A stretch of DNA of 63,867 nucleotides, the filler included, from Octopus bimaculoides (Eukaryota), in NCBI RefSeq assembly GCF_001194135.2. It is 6 parts of 6 records of this genome, joined end to end, with 100 filler letters (N's around TTAATTAATTAA, not from the genome) between each part and the next. Parts side by side here need not be neighbours in the genome. Positions count along the whole stretch, not along the records: positions 29,425 to 44,914 come from NC_069005.1; positions 45,015 to 56,939 come from NC_068993.1; 4 more parts are not named here. The stretch is one strand, 5' to 3'. Numbering within the stretch: position 1 is the stretch's first letter; each line of letters starts with the position of its first letter. The notes under the pieces were generated by a model. The model had not been told where the DNA came from. It did not search any database and worked only from the letters and a program-made list of their open reading frames with translations. Positions 38,376 through 52,705 of the stretch are shown one piece after another. The position numbers and the translations under genes are program-made.

Positions 38376-39626
38376 TACCTGGAGAGGGATACTGAAATCG
38401 TTCATTTTGAACCAAATATCGATACTGTAGATATTTCTTTCAGATTACAACAATCTGGATGATATAGAAAATATCGGTTTCTAATTTTGACACAACACCA
38501 GCAGCTATGAGGGAGGGGCCAAGTCGATGACAACGGTGGGAATAGAACGCAGAACGTAGTATTCTGGAAGTGATACCGTTAAGCATTTTAACAGTCCCGT
38601 CAACGCTAAGAACTGCAATAACATATGTAACAACTATGTAGATATAAAACGCTTGATTAATAAACACTGTTTTATGAAAAACAAATTACGCATTTGTTGA
38701 ATCTTCCCTCAAACGGATTCTTTTGCCAAAAGTATGGTGTGTATGACTGTTCAGAGATATATACCATTGTAGTAATATAGAAATGTTAGACACACACAAA
38801 CAAAAAAACGCTTTAGAACAATACACTTTAAATTTTAAAGAGGAGACATATTAGCTGTATCGAAAATACATCAATAAACATTTCGGATGCATTAAAAATT
38901 GCCATTAACTGAAAATTGAATACTTTAGGCCAAAACGTCGTTCAGCCAAAACCTCTAATGCAGTTACTTCGATTTTATTGTGGGTTGTATGAAGTCTCTG
39001 AAGCCCAATGAAAAGCTCCTATTATCTTCGAATCATACATCCGTCCATAGTATTGAAGAACAACATTACTAACGAGAGCGGAAGGATTTCCACTCTCTGT
39101 TATAATACCGTAATCTTTCATTGGGAAACTTTCTATGAACATAAATCTTTACAAGCCTCACGAAGGCATCTCCGCATCTAAGTCTTAGCCTAGCCATGCT
39201 AACAAAAGTCGCAAGAGTATCATTCCAATAACGCATACTCACGTATGTGAAATTACGTTTCCCACAAATTTATCCAATCCTTATAGAAAAATACGAAACT
39301 AAAAATCCTGTTTGCAGACAGCATTTCACTGGCAGTTACTGAAATCTTGAGTTGTACAGCTATCACGAAGAAGAAGATATCACATGGCTAGCCACAATAG
39401 AACTGGACAAACATAGTCATTACTTACTGAATCCATATTCGCCCAAGTCAGGTTCGTATGCCATCATTTCAAGGAAGATGAAATACGTAGAAATCAAACA
39501 CAGGAACCGATGTGTCCCTCACTTCGTTTATATTGCAACTTCACCGAAATTGCAAAATGGCAAATCATAAAGTGTGTAAGCATGTGTACGATTGTATGTA
39601 TGCATGTAACTATGTATGTATGTGTG

Positions 39627-39667
<41 letters not shown>

Positions 39668-40088
39668 NNNNNNNNNNNNNNNNNNNNNNNNNNNNNNNNN
39701 NNNNNNNNNNNNNNNNNNNNNNNNNNNNNNNNNNNNNNNNNNNNNNNNNNNNNNNNNNNNNNNNNNNNNNNNNNNNNNNNNNNNNNNNNNNNNNNNNNNN
39801 NNNNNNNNNNNNNNNNNNNNNNNNNNNNNNNNNNNNNNNNNNNNNNNNNNNNNNNNNNNNNNNNNNNNNNNNNNNNNNNNNNNNNNNNNNNNNNNNNNNN
39901 NNNNNNNNNNNNNNNNNNNNNNNNNNNNNNNNNNNNNNNNNNNNNNNNNNNNNNNNNNNNNNNNNNNNNNNNNNNNNNNNNNNNNNNNNNNNNNNNNNNN
40001 NNNNNNNNNNNNNNNNNNNNNNNNNNNNNNNNNNNNNNNNNNNNNNNNNNNNNNNNNNNNNNNNNNNNNNNNNNNNNNNNNNNNNNNN

Positions 40089-40122
<34 letters not shown>

Positions 40123-41042
40123 GTGTGTGTATAGGAGGAAAAGAAAACGGAGAAATTAATATATAGACATCAATTTATTTGAACGAATTCCATTCAGTAT
40201 AGCATCAAATTCTTAATACTTACAGCTCATTCTATACCCAATTAATTCAATTCGAGGAATTAAATTAAATTAAATTAAATTAAATTTTCATATTGAATAT
40301 CGTAAATTGATTATTTCGTCACGAGAGAGAATTTGTTAGAAAGGAGCTACATTCCAACGTGCTTTGATAGACTCAGATATGTGTCTATTAGCAACAGGTG
40401 TATTTTTTTTTTAAACCGTTACTATTCCTATATATTTGTGCGTGTGTGTATTAAAAAGCTGAAAGCTATGACATGATGACGAATCAAAACTGCTAACTAA
40501 TTACCCATAGTTGAATAATACGTCATCGGTATTAGTGTACAATAGTGAGAATATAATTTCACGACCTAATCGAGGAAAGCATAAATATTAAATCAAATTA
40601 ATGAATTAATAAAGTTAAAACCAATATTAAATTAATACATTTATTAACCATTCATAAGCTATCAATTATATATTCTCGCGGTACGTGTCTAAATTAAAGT
40701 TTCGCTAAACTATATAAAATAAATATACTACTATTACCTGTACATTAAAACTTATATTCATAGTAACCATTTAATACTTTGGTATTAATACGATATCTAT
40801 TGAGAATTATTTAGTCGCTTTCATTACAGATGTGAGCAGAGTAATCATTAGATATCGCCGAATTCAAGGTTCCAGTAAGCTTACTATTATACCTAATTTG
40901 TTCTTTAGATTACATCTAATGGTAGTTTCTGAAAACATATTTACAGGGGGTGTCTTATCATTAACATGCTTACATCTGTAACTAATTTAATTTAATTCCT
41001 CAAATTGAATTCGTTGGGTATAGAAACAGCTGTAGGTAAAAG

Positions 41043-41103
<61 letters not shown>

Positions 41104-41567
41104 CACACACATATACTCATTTATATACATAGATGCATGCATGCATACATACTTACATGCATACATACAATTGTACATATGCCTACGCACTTTGAGATTT
41201 GTAATTTTGCAATTTAGGTGAAGTTTCCTTTTTCTCGTATAAGAATATCCATCTATGTGAAATTCACATTGTTAGTTTTTCACTGAAGTACTGGATATAA
41301 ACTGGAAACTTGGATAGTAATATCTCTTTAAGGGGATTTGATATTCTTGATGTAATTATATATATATATAATTACAATCCGCAATAATGAATTTTATTGC
41401 CTTTATTCCTACCTCAGTTCATCTAATTGTATATATCTATCGTTACTGTTCATAAACAGCCTTTATCATTTTTTAAAAAATTTCCAATGTGCATTTTCAC
41501 TTATTTTTCTGCTTACGTTCCCCTTACATTTCCACGTGTAGTTTGTATTTTGTAACATATTTCTGTC

Positions 41568-41600
<33 letters not shown>

Positions 41601-41715
41601 TGTATGTATGAATGTATGTATGTATGTATGTATGCATGTATATATATATATATATAAACACTCACACACATATATTTATATATATGTATGTATTTATGTA
41701 TGTTATGCATGTACG

Positions 41716-41785
<70 letters not shown>

Positions 41786-41944
41786 TAGATAGATAGACAG
41801 ATAGNNNNNNNNNNGTATGTATGTATGTATGTATGTATGAATGTATGTATGTATGTATGTATGCATGTATATATATATATATATACACACTCACACACAT
41901 ATATTTATATATATGTATGTATTTATCTATGTTATGCATGTACG

Positions 41945-42010
<66 letters not shown>

Positions 42011-43019
42011 TAGATAGACAGATAGATGAATATACATACATATATATATATAACATATATTTGTATACACGTATATGTATATATGTGTATATGTACGCAC
42101 ATATACACACATATATTATAAGGCGAGAGAGATACATAAATAGTATATATAATACAATACACACAAACCACACATACCGGCATGCACACACATATTTATT
42201 TACAAAAGTATTGGAGGATCACAGTCTGGTTGCTTTTGGTCATTAGCCTACTTAATCAAGGTTGAATCGGAGACTAAAAAAACTACCACGAAGGGTGAAG
42301 ATGCCCTAATCGTTAGTGTTTCTCTCTGGCTATATCGAATGTCTGCGTGCATGTTTACCGAGTCAGACATTTATGTCAACACCACAGTAATATAACAACC
42401 AGTTCTCATTCGTTTATTGTTGTGTTTGTTTATTCTTTTATTTATATATCTCATTGTACTCGTTTCAGTCATTGTTCTGCAGTAGTATTGGCGCCCACCT
42501 TTACAGAATTGTCGACAATCACATCGATCTCGTATCTCTGTATGTTGAGATAGAAGTAACATGATTTTTAGAGATATAACAAACTCGATAAGTGTTAGCC
42601 AGTGTAAACATACTCGTAGACAACATATTGTGATACATGCACATCTTCACACTTATGTGTATATATATATATATACATATCTATTTATTTTCTATCTTTG
42701 TATCCATCTATGTATATATAGAGTTATACATAGTGTAATTTCAACAAACAAAGAAAAGAACTCTTATGGGACAACGTTTCAGAACTATGGTATTAGTTTA
42801 ACGATAAAAACTTTTAAATGCGAATATGATAGCGTTTCGGACGTTAGCATTCATCTGGAAGGGGGAAAAAAGCAGTTCAAAGCGGGATACAGGCCGTTTA
42901 AAATGAAAATTACAAATAATTGCTAAATGGTAAAATTAATATTATAACAAGGAAGAAAGGAAAGCAGCAGGATGGCAGAGATTTCGAAAGACAAATGTCG
43001 TTTCACGGCGATAGAAGCT

Positions 43020-44495
43020 GTGGTTGGAAAATAACAGAATTCTTCGATGTGGTCTCCTTGCTTTTCGATGTACTTCTTCCTTCGGTCTATAATCTTGCTT
43101 GTAGAGGCGCAATGGCCCAGTGGTTAGGGCAGCGGACACGCGGTCGTAGGATCGCGGTTTCGATTCCCAGACCGGGCGTTGTGAGTGTTTATTGAGCGAA
43201 AACACCAAAAGCTCCACGAGGCTCCGGCAGGGGATGGTGGCGAACCCTACTGTTCTCTTTCACCACAACCTTCTCTCACTCTTACTTCCTGTTTCTCTTG
43301 TGCCTGTAATTCAAAGGACCAGCCTTGTTACACTGAATATCCCCGAGAACTACGTCAAGGGTACACGTGTCTGTGGAGTACTCAGCCACTTGCACGTTAA
43401 TTTCACGAGCAGGCTGTTCCGTTGATCGGATCAACTGGAACCCTCGACGTCGTAAGCGACGGAGTGCCAACAACAACATAACCTTGCTTAGTCCATCTTA
43501 GAAGTTTTTTCGGCCAGACGCATATTCCCCCGCTTCCTGCGCTTCTTCACCCTCAGCAAATCGATGACAGCGTAAAGAATCTTTAAGCGGTGAAAAGAGG
43601 TGATAGTTGGAAGAGATGAGTCATGGGGTGCTCGCAGGGTGTTCCGGCAACTCGAAACCTAATTTTTCAATGGTTTCAACGGTGTGGGTGGCCGTATGTG
43701 TGCGTGCATTTTTGTGAAACGATAACACTTGTTTGGACTACACACCTCGGCGTTCTGTATGAATTGCTGGTTCCAGTTTGGTGGCCAGCATTTCACTAAA
43801 CTGGTGATTGTAGATCCCTTTTCCAGGTAATGTTCTAGCACAGGCCTCCTTGCATCTCAAAAAACGGCTAGCATCTCATTTTGTGCGGAAATGTGAGTAC
43901 TAGGGTTTCTTTTTCGTTGACGGTTCTGAATGTTTCCACTCCATACTTTGCCTTTTGGATTCTGGCTCAAAGTGACGGACACAGATCCCATGTCCTGTGA
44001 CTATTCTCTCCAAATAAGATTTGCCGTCATCGTTGTAGCGGTCGAGTAAGCGTTGACAGATATCTATACGATTCTGTTTATGCGCTTCAGTAAGCTCCAT
44101 AGGCATCCAGTTCGCACAGACTTGTCGAGGAAGATTTCGTATGCAGAACCATGAATAATTTTCAGATGGTGACTCTTCAGTTTGCCAGAATCATCTCTGG
44201 AGCTTATTGAATTTTCATGTCAGTGGTGGAGGCTGATAAGCTTTCTGCCCCCTGTTCGTACACCCCAAGTTAAATCACCGAAGATATTGACCTCACTATC
44301 GTCACATTACACTCCCTCGCAATGTCTTAGCGTTCGACTGCTGCCACTGCGCTAGCTCAGCGATATAGTGCGAAAGGGGTGTCACTGACAGCCTGTCGAC
44401 CAACCCGAGCTGATACCAATTTATAGAACATAAGCATATGTTGCTTCTTATGTAATCAAACTCTTAATCTCTTGGCTTCCGGATAAACTTTTTTA
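43020..44495 (-). mobile_element. Decayed mariner transposase, interrupted by a SINE
   Basis: KVCANWMPMELTEAHKQNRIDICQRLL...ERIVTG...HFEPESKRQSMEWKH; HKNARTHTATHTVETIEKLGFE..EHP; C-terminus DGLSKIIDRRKKYIEKQGDHIE split by the SINE. Confidence 0.85.
43103..43482 (+). mobile_element. Full-length tRNA-derived SINE with TSD
   Basis: A box tggcccagtgg, B-box-like ggtttcgattcc, (CAA)n tail, TSD cttgctt at 43094-43100 and 43483-43489. Confidence 0.85.
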
Positions 44496-45223
44496 CTACA
44501 TCGCCATATCAGCGACCAAGAATTTTACAATACTCCTGCTCCCACATCAGTCTAAAACGCTTTTATTGTTACGCTATTTCAATCGTCTTCTATTGTATGT
44601 TTTCCCAATTCATTTCATATTCTAATTCAAACCAAATATATTCATAAGAGATTAATCATTATAATAAGTTTATTTCTCTTCCCTTAGCGACCATTGCAAT
44701 ATAATCTGTGATAATTGGATTTTAAAAAGAAAATAAAAATGAATAAAAGAAATCGGCTAAATTTTATTGGTCAAATTTTTGAATATATTTTAATATTAGT
44801 TTTTATTTTCAACTTTTCTGCAAACAAAACATGATCATGGTTTTATTTCTGCTATAAAGAATAATATCTATTTGTCTTGTTTCATATGCTTGTTGATAAC
44901 ATGCAATGTTTGTCNNNNNNNNNNNNNNNNNNNNNNNNNNNNNNNNNNNNNNNNNNNNTTAATTAATTAANNNNNNNNNNNNNNNNNNNNNNNNNNNNNN
45001 NNNNNNNNNNNNNNTATGATGTGACGTATTTTGTTGCGAGGCTTTTAGTTCAAATCTCAACGGTAGCAGCTTGTCTTTAGACTTTCCGATATCGGGAATG
45101 CAGGCGCATTATAATGTGTAACACGCAAACATATATATGGAAGTACGTGTGTACATGCATACATAACATCAAACGTATACATGGACATGTATATATATAG
45201 TTTATATATATAATTAAAAATAG

Positions 45224-45318
<95 letters not shown>

Positions 45319-46004
45319 TGCATATGCTTGCATATATATGTATACACATATATATAAGCAGAATATGCCAATCGGAAAATATTTCTGTGCGGGTGCACGC
45401 GCATAGGGGCGGGTGCAAACCAATTTTACTGAAAAGATTCAATGAGTGTGATACAAAATAGAAGTGTAATACAGTGATACTTTCTATCTAATAAAAAAGA
45501 CACTTGTTAACAATAATTGAGACACACACGCGTATATATATATATATATATATATNNNNNNNNNNNNNNNNNNNNNNNNNNNNNNNNNNNNNNNNNNNNN
45601 NNNNNNNNNNNNNNNNNNNNNNNNNNNNNNNNNNNNNNNNNNNNNNNNNNNNNNNNNNNNNNNNNNNNNNNNNNNNNNNNNNNNNNNNNNNNNNNNNNNN
45701 NNNNNNNNNNNNNNNNNNNNNNNNNNNNNNNNNNNNNNNNNNNNNNNNNNNNNNNNNNNNNNNNNNNNNNNNNNNNNNNNNNNNNNNNNNNNNNNNNNNN
45801 NNNNNNNNNNNNNNNNNNNNNNNNNNNNNNNNNNNNNNNNNNNNNNNNNNNNNNNNNNNNNNNNNNNNNNNNNNNNNNNNNNNNNNNNNNNNNNNNNNNN
45901 NNNNNNNNNNNNNNNNNNNNNNNNNNNNNNNNNNNNNNNNNNNNNNNNNNNNNNNNNNNNNNNNNNNNNNNNNNNNNNNNNNNNNNNNNNNNNNNNNNNN
46001 NNNN

Positions 46005-46051
<47 letters not shown>

Positions 46052-46074
46052 CATGCATATGTATTTATTTATGT

Positions 46075-47143
46075 ATACCATTATTCAGTTTCATTTCAAG
46101 ATCTCTTGCTAATAGAGAAAGACCCGGTTTTTAACCTAAATTCAAGGCTCCTTCATTGGAATTTCAACATCAACACCAGGGTGTTTTTGTACGTATGTAT
46201 GTATGTGCAGATTTGTATGTTTTGCTCATTTATGCATTCTCATGCATATAGTTCCATATCTAGACATGCTCATATATATCTAAATGATAAACTTCGGGGA
46301 AGTTTTACAGATTTTTACAGTTCCAGTGATTTATTGGATCTATAGTCTTCGAATTAGCTTTCTCCTTTCTGGTTTTGTAAAGACAAATTTCTCAAGATTG
46401 GTATTTAGGCAATGTGTTACATATCACAGGGTCCCAATAATTACAGGTATAAACCTGAACTTGTAATCTGGATAGAGTAACTGCAAATTTCTCAATAGTT
46501 CAGGTTAGGTGTTCTCTTTTTCGCTGATCTTCAGCTTTATGTTAATATCTGCTGGGCAGCTAATTTCCACCACTGGGCACAGTTTCTCTTCTCTATTCCA
46601 AATCATTATATCAGGTCTGTTGTACTTGCATCTTATTAAGGTCTTCACTGGGACGTTCCACCAGTACTCCTTTTTATCATAAGTGGCTATGGTTTCTACC
46701 TTACTGTGGGTTCTTATTTCTTTGTCCTCGAGGTTATCCATTGGACGGATTTTATTGAAGGGTGTCCTAGCTACAACATCATTACTAGATAATACCGTGA
46801 TGACATTTTCGGTCAACTGTTTATGATGTGGATGATATTTTCGGTGTTAACTCCACAAAGTCTGCATCGGTTGTCATATTTTACTGCTTTTCCTGCATCT
46901 CTATCCCTTTTGCATCAGGTACTTGGTTGATATTTCCTGTTCCTGGATTGCAAACGCATACCCTTCCGGCTATTCGTCCATGAAAAGCTGCTTTGATGAT
47001 CGATGTTAACTATCATCTCGGAGCTTTCTACTAACAAATCCATACAGTCTTCTGCTCATATAGACTCATCCATTCATCTGATAATACGTTGCGGTAGTGT
47101 CGTGCGACTTCTTTAGGCATGTATTCAAGGTTATCAGACAAAG
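46075..47143 (-). mobile_element. 5'-truncated R4/Dong-type non-LTR element (CCHC knuckle and REL endonuclease)
   Basis: YAFAIQEQEISTKYLM, CRLCGVNTENIIHIINS(C) zinc knuckle, WWNVPVKT...NRPDIMIWNREEK..VVEISCP, then IPIITG-like motif and KICKT near the stop; frameshifted. Confidence 0.85.
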
Positions 47144-48555
47144 AATGTATGTATGTATGTATGTATGTGTATAGACATCGGTGAAAATAACATTGGAGCA
47201 AAAGAATTCGAGAAATTTTCCCTCGTAGATATGGAACCTACCTATCTATTTGTATAGAAATCTACAATGAATCCGTCGCATGTTTTGCCATTATAGGTAG
47301 TGCGTGTGTATGGATGTGCATTGCATCTGACCTTCAATATAGTCTTAGGAATTTGGGGATAAAAACAGCCAAACAAGCATAACAGACATGTGTACTACAG
47401 GGTAATTTGGATAAGTATTTATGATTATTTATGCATCTAAAATATATTCAAACGTATGGTAGGTTTCCGGAATTTGGATTATTTGCAAGAAAGGTACAAT
47501 AAAAAAAGGCGCACCAACTTAGCAATCCTTCAATTCAGGACATATCTTTCCGTTTTGTCCCAATGCATATAGCATCATTTTGTTTGGCGGCTGGTGACGA
47601 ATTGCTCGTGTCTTTCTCAAGTCGTGTCTGTAACCAGACATACATACATACATATGCAGTCTTTATACATGTGTCTTCAAGCGTGTCTACATACCACCTT
47701 ATTTGTCTGCCTATACACCAATAATTTTAGCAACTCTTCCATGATTGCAAAGCGAAAAGGCTTCGCTAAGGAACTTGGCAATGAATGGTTAGCTGTTAAA
47801 GCAGCTTCATAATATTGAAGGCCATTTACTATTTAACAGCAGTGTATATAAACAGAAGCTCGCTCTAATGATTTCTTTGTCACTACCATTGATGAAAGCA
47901 ACTCATAATCATAGATCTTTATGTACTGTCGAAATACTATACATGCATACACACGCGCTCGCGCACACAAACACACGCATGTATATATATATATATTTAT
48001 ATATATGTGTATGTGTGTATGTGTGTGCGTGTTTGTGCATTATTATTTTACGGTTTTGTCTGTTTTTGCTTTCACTCCGCATATCTCTGGTCTTTTTTTT
48101 TTCAGATTTGTCTTAGTCTTCTCGATTTTAAATCGTGAGACTTGTTTAACATCGCCTGTGATTTTAGTCGCAAGTCATTATTTTATTTTATCTTCTGGGA
48201 ACCCTGGTGTATTGCATATGAATGATACCAATGTTTTTTCAAGGGCTGAAATTGTAATGATTCTGAATAGAAAGTTAGCTATCTTTCCCGTTACATCTTT
48301 CGTACACGTCCTTCGTCATTATTTTCAGTTATATACAGAGAGGAGGAGAGGGAAAGAGAGGGGGAGAGAGAGAAAGAGAGAGAGAGATAACATGTATAGG
48401 TTATAACAATTGGCACGTGTACGTCAATGTATATATAACTTAGCTATATAATTTTTCATGTCTGTGTGTATACGTATAAACATATTTACGTGAGTGTGTG
48501 TGTGTATGTGTGTGTGTGTGCACATATGTACATATGTACATATACATATTTATGC

Positions 48556-48616
<61 letters not shown>

Positions 48617-48831
48617 CATAGGATGAACCAAAATCACGTACCAAAACATTTGATATTTTATTTATATTACATTATTGTTATTATCATTATTAATTTTGAT
48701 CATCATGTACAAGTAGGTATGTATTTACCATTCTTTAATCTATTTTTTTCAATTCTAGAAAAATTGAACCATGTCTTTGAGAATTTCGGAGAGTATTGAA
48801 CTTATTTGTGCGTGAATTTTGGCTCACTCTG
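48617..48831. mobile_element. Tc1/mariner MITE (copy 1)
   Basis: Right TIR gcgtgaattttggctcactctg followed by TA; degenerate left TIR cataggatgaaccaaaatcacg; homologous to 54548-54772. Confidence 0.65.
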
Positions 48832-49144
48832 TATATATCCTAATATTATATTCATAAAGAATTTGGTTATGATTACTCTTCAAAACTAACATTCATGTGT
48901 ATTAAAAATTCTTTCCATATATTAATTATGGGAAAGATTTGAAAACAAAGTGTCACCACTAAGTATAATTTTCAAGTCACCACAATGATTGCCTTATCCA
49001 AATAATGTCTTATAGAAATGAAGCTGAAAGTAATGGAACAGTGGTCACAGCCGACTACTGTTCTAAATTAATGTTCCTATTGCAGGTGATAAGTACACTT
49101 ATTTTACTTTTGATAAAGCTCGCAACAAGTATATACATATGTGC

Positions 49145-49195
<51 letters not shown>

Positions 49196-49304
49196 NNNNN
49201 NNNNNNNNNNNNNNNNNNNNNNNNNNNNNNNNNNNNNNNNNNNNNNNNNNNNNNNNNNNNNNNNNNNNNNNNNNNNNNNNNNNNNNNNNNGTGTATGTGT
49301 GTAC

Positions 49305-49335
<31 letters not shown>

Positions 49336-49737
49336 TGTGTGTGTGCTTGTCCCCTATCACCGCTTGACAACCAATGTTGTTTTGTTTACGGTCCGTAAAT
49401 TAGTGGTTCGGGAAAAGCGATCGACAAAATAAGTACCATGCTTCGATTATTTGCTTCAAGTCGGTGCTCCAGCATGGCCGTAGTCTAATGACTGAAACAA
49501 GTAAAAGATACACATAGAAACATGTATATATACACCCAGACAGAACCCTTCCCCTTGAGTGTGTTTGTAATTAAACAAAACGGAAATGCGAAACTTGAGT
49601 AGTGATTTACACAAATTCAAACTTTAGATATATTAGCGGACGCACGCATGCACACGCACACACACACACATACACACAGTCACACATGTTTGAACGAACC
49701 TGGTCAGTTGTGTGTGTNNNNNNNNNNNNNNNNNNNN

Positions 49738-49778
<41 letters not shown>

Positions 49779-50444
49779 ATGTATACATACATGTATAAAC
49801 ATATTTATATAAATATATATATATATTTATACACAAACATATGTATGCGTATGCACACATATATTTACACATATAGATGTATATATATATTTACATATAT
49901 GTATACATACACATATATGCATATATGTATTTATATACACACATATATATATAAATGTATATATATATATATGTATGTATGTATGTATGTATGCATGCAT
50001 GTACGTATGTATGTTAATGCGAGGGCATTTATAGGTGAGTTTACTTTTCAGCGTTCTGTACTAGAGTGTTGTAAATTTCTGAGTTCTTAAACTTGTAGCT
50101 TTATTTCATTTCCCATCTCGGATGCTTTATATGAATGCTAAATCGAACGAGTATTTGATTGTTATATTATTTTATAAACCCCAGTATAGTGGAACGCGAT
50201 ATTCACTTAAGCAGTGTTTGAACACAGAAAAGAAACGGTCATATCTACACACTGCTAGGCAATTTATGCGCTCAAGCCTTTACCAATCCACAACTATATG
50301 TGTACGATATAACTGCGTTCTCATTATAGTTGAGTGTATACTCCGGATATGTGTGTATGCAGCTAATGCTATGTTCATGCAACGTGCAGCAGCGTGTGTT
50401 CTAAATACCTGTGTGTTGTACGGTTAGTATGTACTATATGTTTA

Positions 50445-50775
50445 CTGTATTGTTGTTTCAGTCAGTAGACTGCAGCTATACTGGGGCATGAATCGACCCC
50501 AGGACTTACATCTTTGTTAAGCCTGTTCCTTTACTTATCGGTTCTTTTGCTGAACCGCTATGTCACACGCAGGTAAACACACCAACCCTGGTTGTCCACA
50601 CATACATATATATACATATGTAAGTCGGGCTTCTTTCAGTTTCCATCTAACAGATCCACTCACAAGTCTTTGGTCGGCCCGAGGCTATAATAGAAGACAT
50701 TTGCCCATGTTGCCATGCAGTGGGACAGAACCCAGAACCATCTTGTTGGGAAGCAAGCTTCTTACCATACAGTCA
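50445..50775 (-). mobile_element. Family-A SINE
   Basis: gaagacatttgcccatgttgccatgcagtgggacagaacccagaaccatcttgttgggaagcaagcttcttacc. Confidence 0.75.
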
Positions 50776-51027
50776 CGCTTTTCACGTACATATGAAATAT
50801 ATGTTTGTGTGTGTGTGTATTATGTTATTTATAACCTTGTTACTTATAGTATTCGTGTATGTATACAAAAGAGTGTATAGCATGTAGTTGTGTGTAAATC
50901 GCTATATTATTTATGGGATAGTGTGTGAGCGTGTGTGTTTATATGTATTTCATGTGTGTGTGTGTATTTATGTATATGTATATATAGCAAATTTCTATAG
51001 TTGTGTATGTTTATTGTAACAATGATG

Positions 51028-51097
51028 CAGGGCCAGCTCAAGGTATCGGCAACTCGGGCAGTCGCCCGGGGCGCCAGCAACCCTAGGGCCGGCCCTG
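51028..51097. mobile_element. 70-bp hAT-type mini-element
   Basis: TIRs cagggccagc / gccggccctg; 8-bp TSD caatgatg / cagtgatg (1 mismatch). Confidence 0.75.
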
Positions 51098-51996
51098 CAG
51101 TGATGTATGTAGTATATATACACTATGGTTGTGTGTATAGTGTATTGTGTGTACAATGTATAGGACAGTGTAAACTCTATATTAGAATATGTATAACTGT
51201 ATGTATATCGTCTAGTTGCGTATATACTATATTGGTGTGCGTCTGTGTTTGTGCATGCGTATGTGTAATTGAATGGCTACCGTTTATGTATATACGCTCC
51301 ACACTTGTATTCACACGCACACACATACACACATGCACGCACGCACATACACACAAATATATGACTATGATTTAAAGATAGAGCATCACACACATTCACA
51401 CAGATATGAATACATATACACACACACTCAAACCGATGCATGCATACAATGGTTCAGACCTGATACATTATGTTTCGATCGGTTAGAAATAGGAGTCATA
51501 TCTCAAATTACAACCTATTGCCTTTAAAAAGGAAGGGCTTCTTCTCCCTGAATGTACATGGTCTGAAAATACAAAGCCAGCGGGATGGCCAGTGCTCATC
51601 TTAAACCTGCTGAGTCAGAACTCGTGTGGGGCGAAAACGATGCATATACATGTGAGCATGGCTTATATAACAGTTTATACGATTTTTGACATATAGACGT
51701 ATCAAGACAAATATTGTGAATAAGACTGCACTTAGAAGAGTTAGAGTGGTGGTTGTATATATTAATGGGACAACTGTAGTATTTAAGTGGTTTAGGGATT
51801 AGTGAAAGATTAAGGGCTATGTTTAGGAATTTAATTTAAATAAAGCTACAGATGTGACTCGAACTATCGACCGTTCACCTGAAAGAGTGATTTACTATTC
51901 ACTTGAATTGCAGCAATTTTTCTTGACAAAGAAACATTTATATACACATACTTACACATCCAAGCATGTACAATTATAAATACCTTAATACACCTG

Positions 51997-52047
<51 letters not shown>

Positions 52048-52146
52048 CACCTGTGTATGTTTATGCATACATACACATATGCATCAACACATACACATGT
52101 TTGCGTATACATATACATATATGCACAAACATATACAGCTACAAAT

Positions 52147-52178
<32 letters not shown>

Positions 52179-52705
52179 AAGGTTAGAATCTTTTCAAGCA
52201 TACATATAACTCCATAGGACAATCACTCACACACGCACACGCTTGTATATAAAAAAATACACATCGAAATGTTTATGCGAGTATTCATATTTAGTAAGAA
52301 AAGAAAATAATAAAATACTATAACTAAACCATTCATCTGCATATATTACATTACGTGCAGAAATGTCGTTTAGCCTCAGGTCAGCCTTGACCAAGCAGAA
52401 CTATGGTCCAAGGCGCTCCAATAGGCCATCCCCGCTTTACTTCAGAATTACATTTCTATATATTTTTAAAAAGTAATTTCAGACTTAAGAAAGATTTGGT
52501 TGTTATTTCCAGCCCTAGCCGATCAAGTGACCACTTGAAGTCAACCACACATGGCCATACATATCCGTATGTGCTGCTGTGTATATATCTAACTATAAAA
52601 CTTATGAAATATGAGCATCTTTACAATATACACAAAGGTCCTGTACACTCACTTCTATTATTATACGTAGACACATACGCACACTTATAAGCGTATATAC
52701 ACCCA

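Noticed and set aside
41569-42030. ~250-bp tandem duplication of a compound microsatellite
   Set aside because: Copies are separated by a 10-N gap, typical of unmerged contig overlap or haplotypes; same at 54357-54430.
43103-43180. tRNA-like sequence
   Set aside because: SINE head continuing into a SINE body with a TSD, and no proper cloverleaf; not a tRNA gene.
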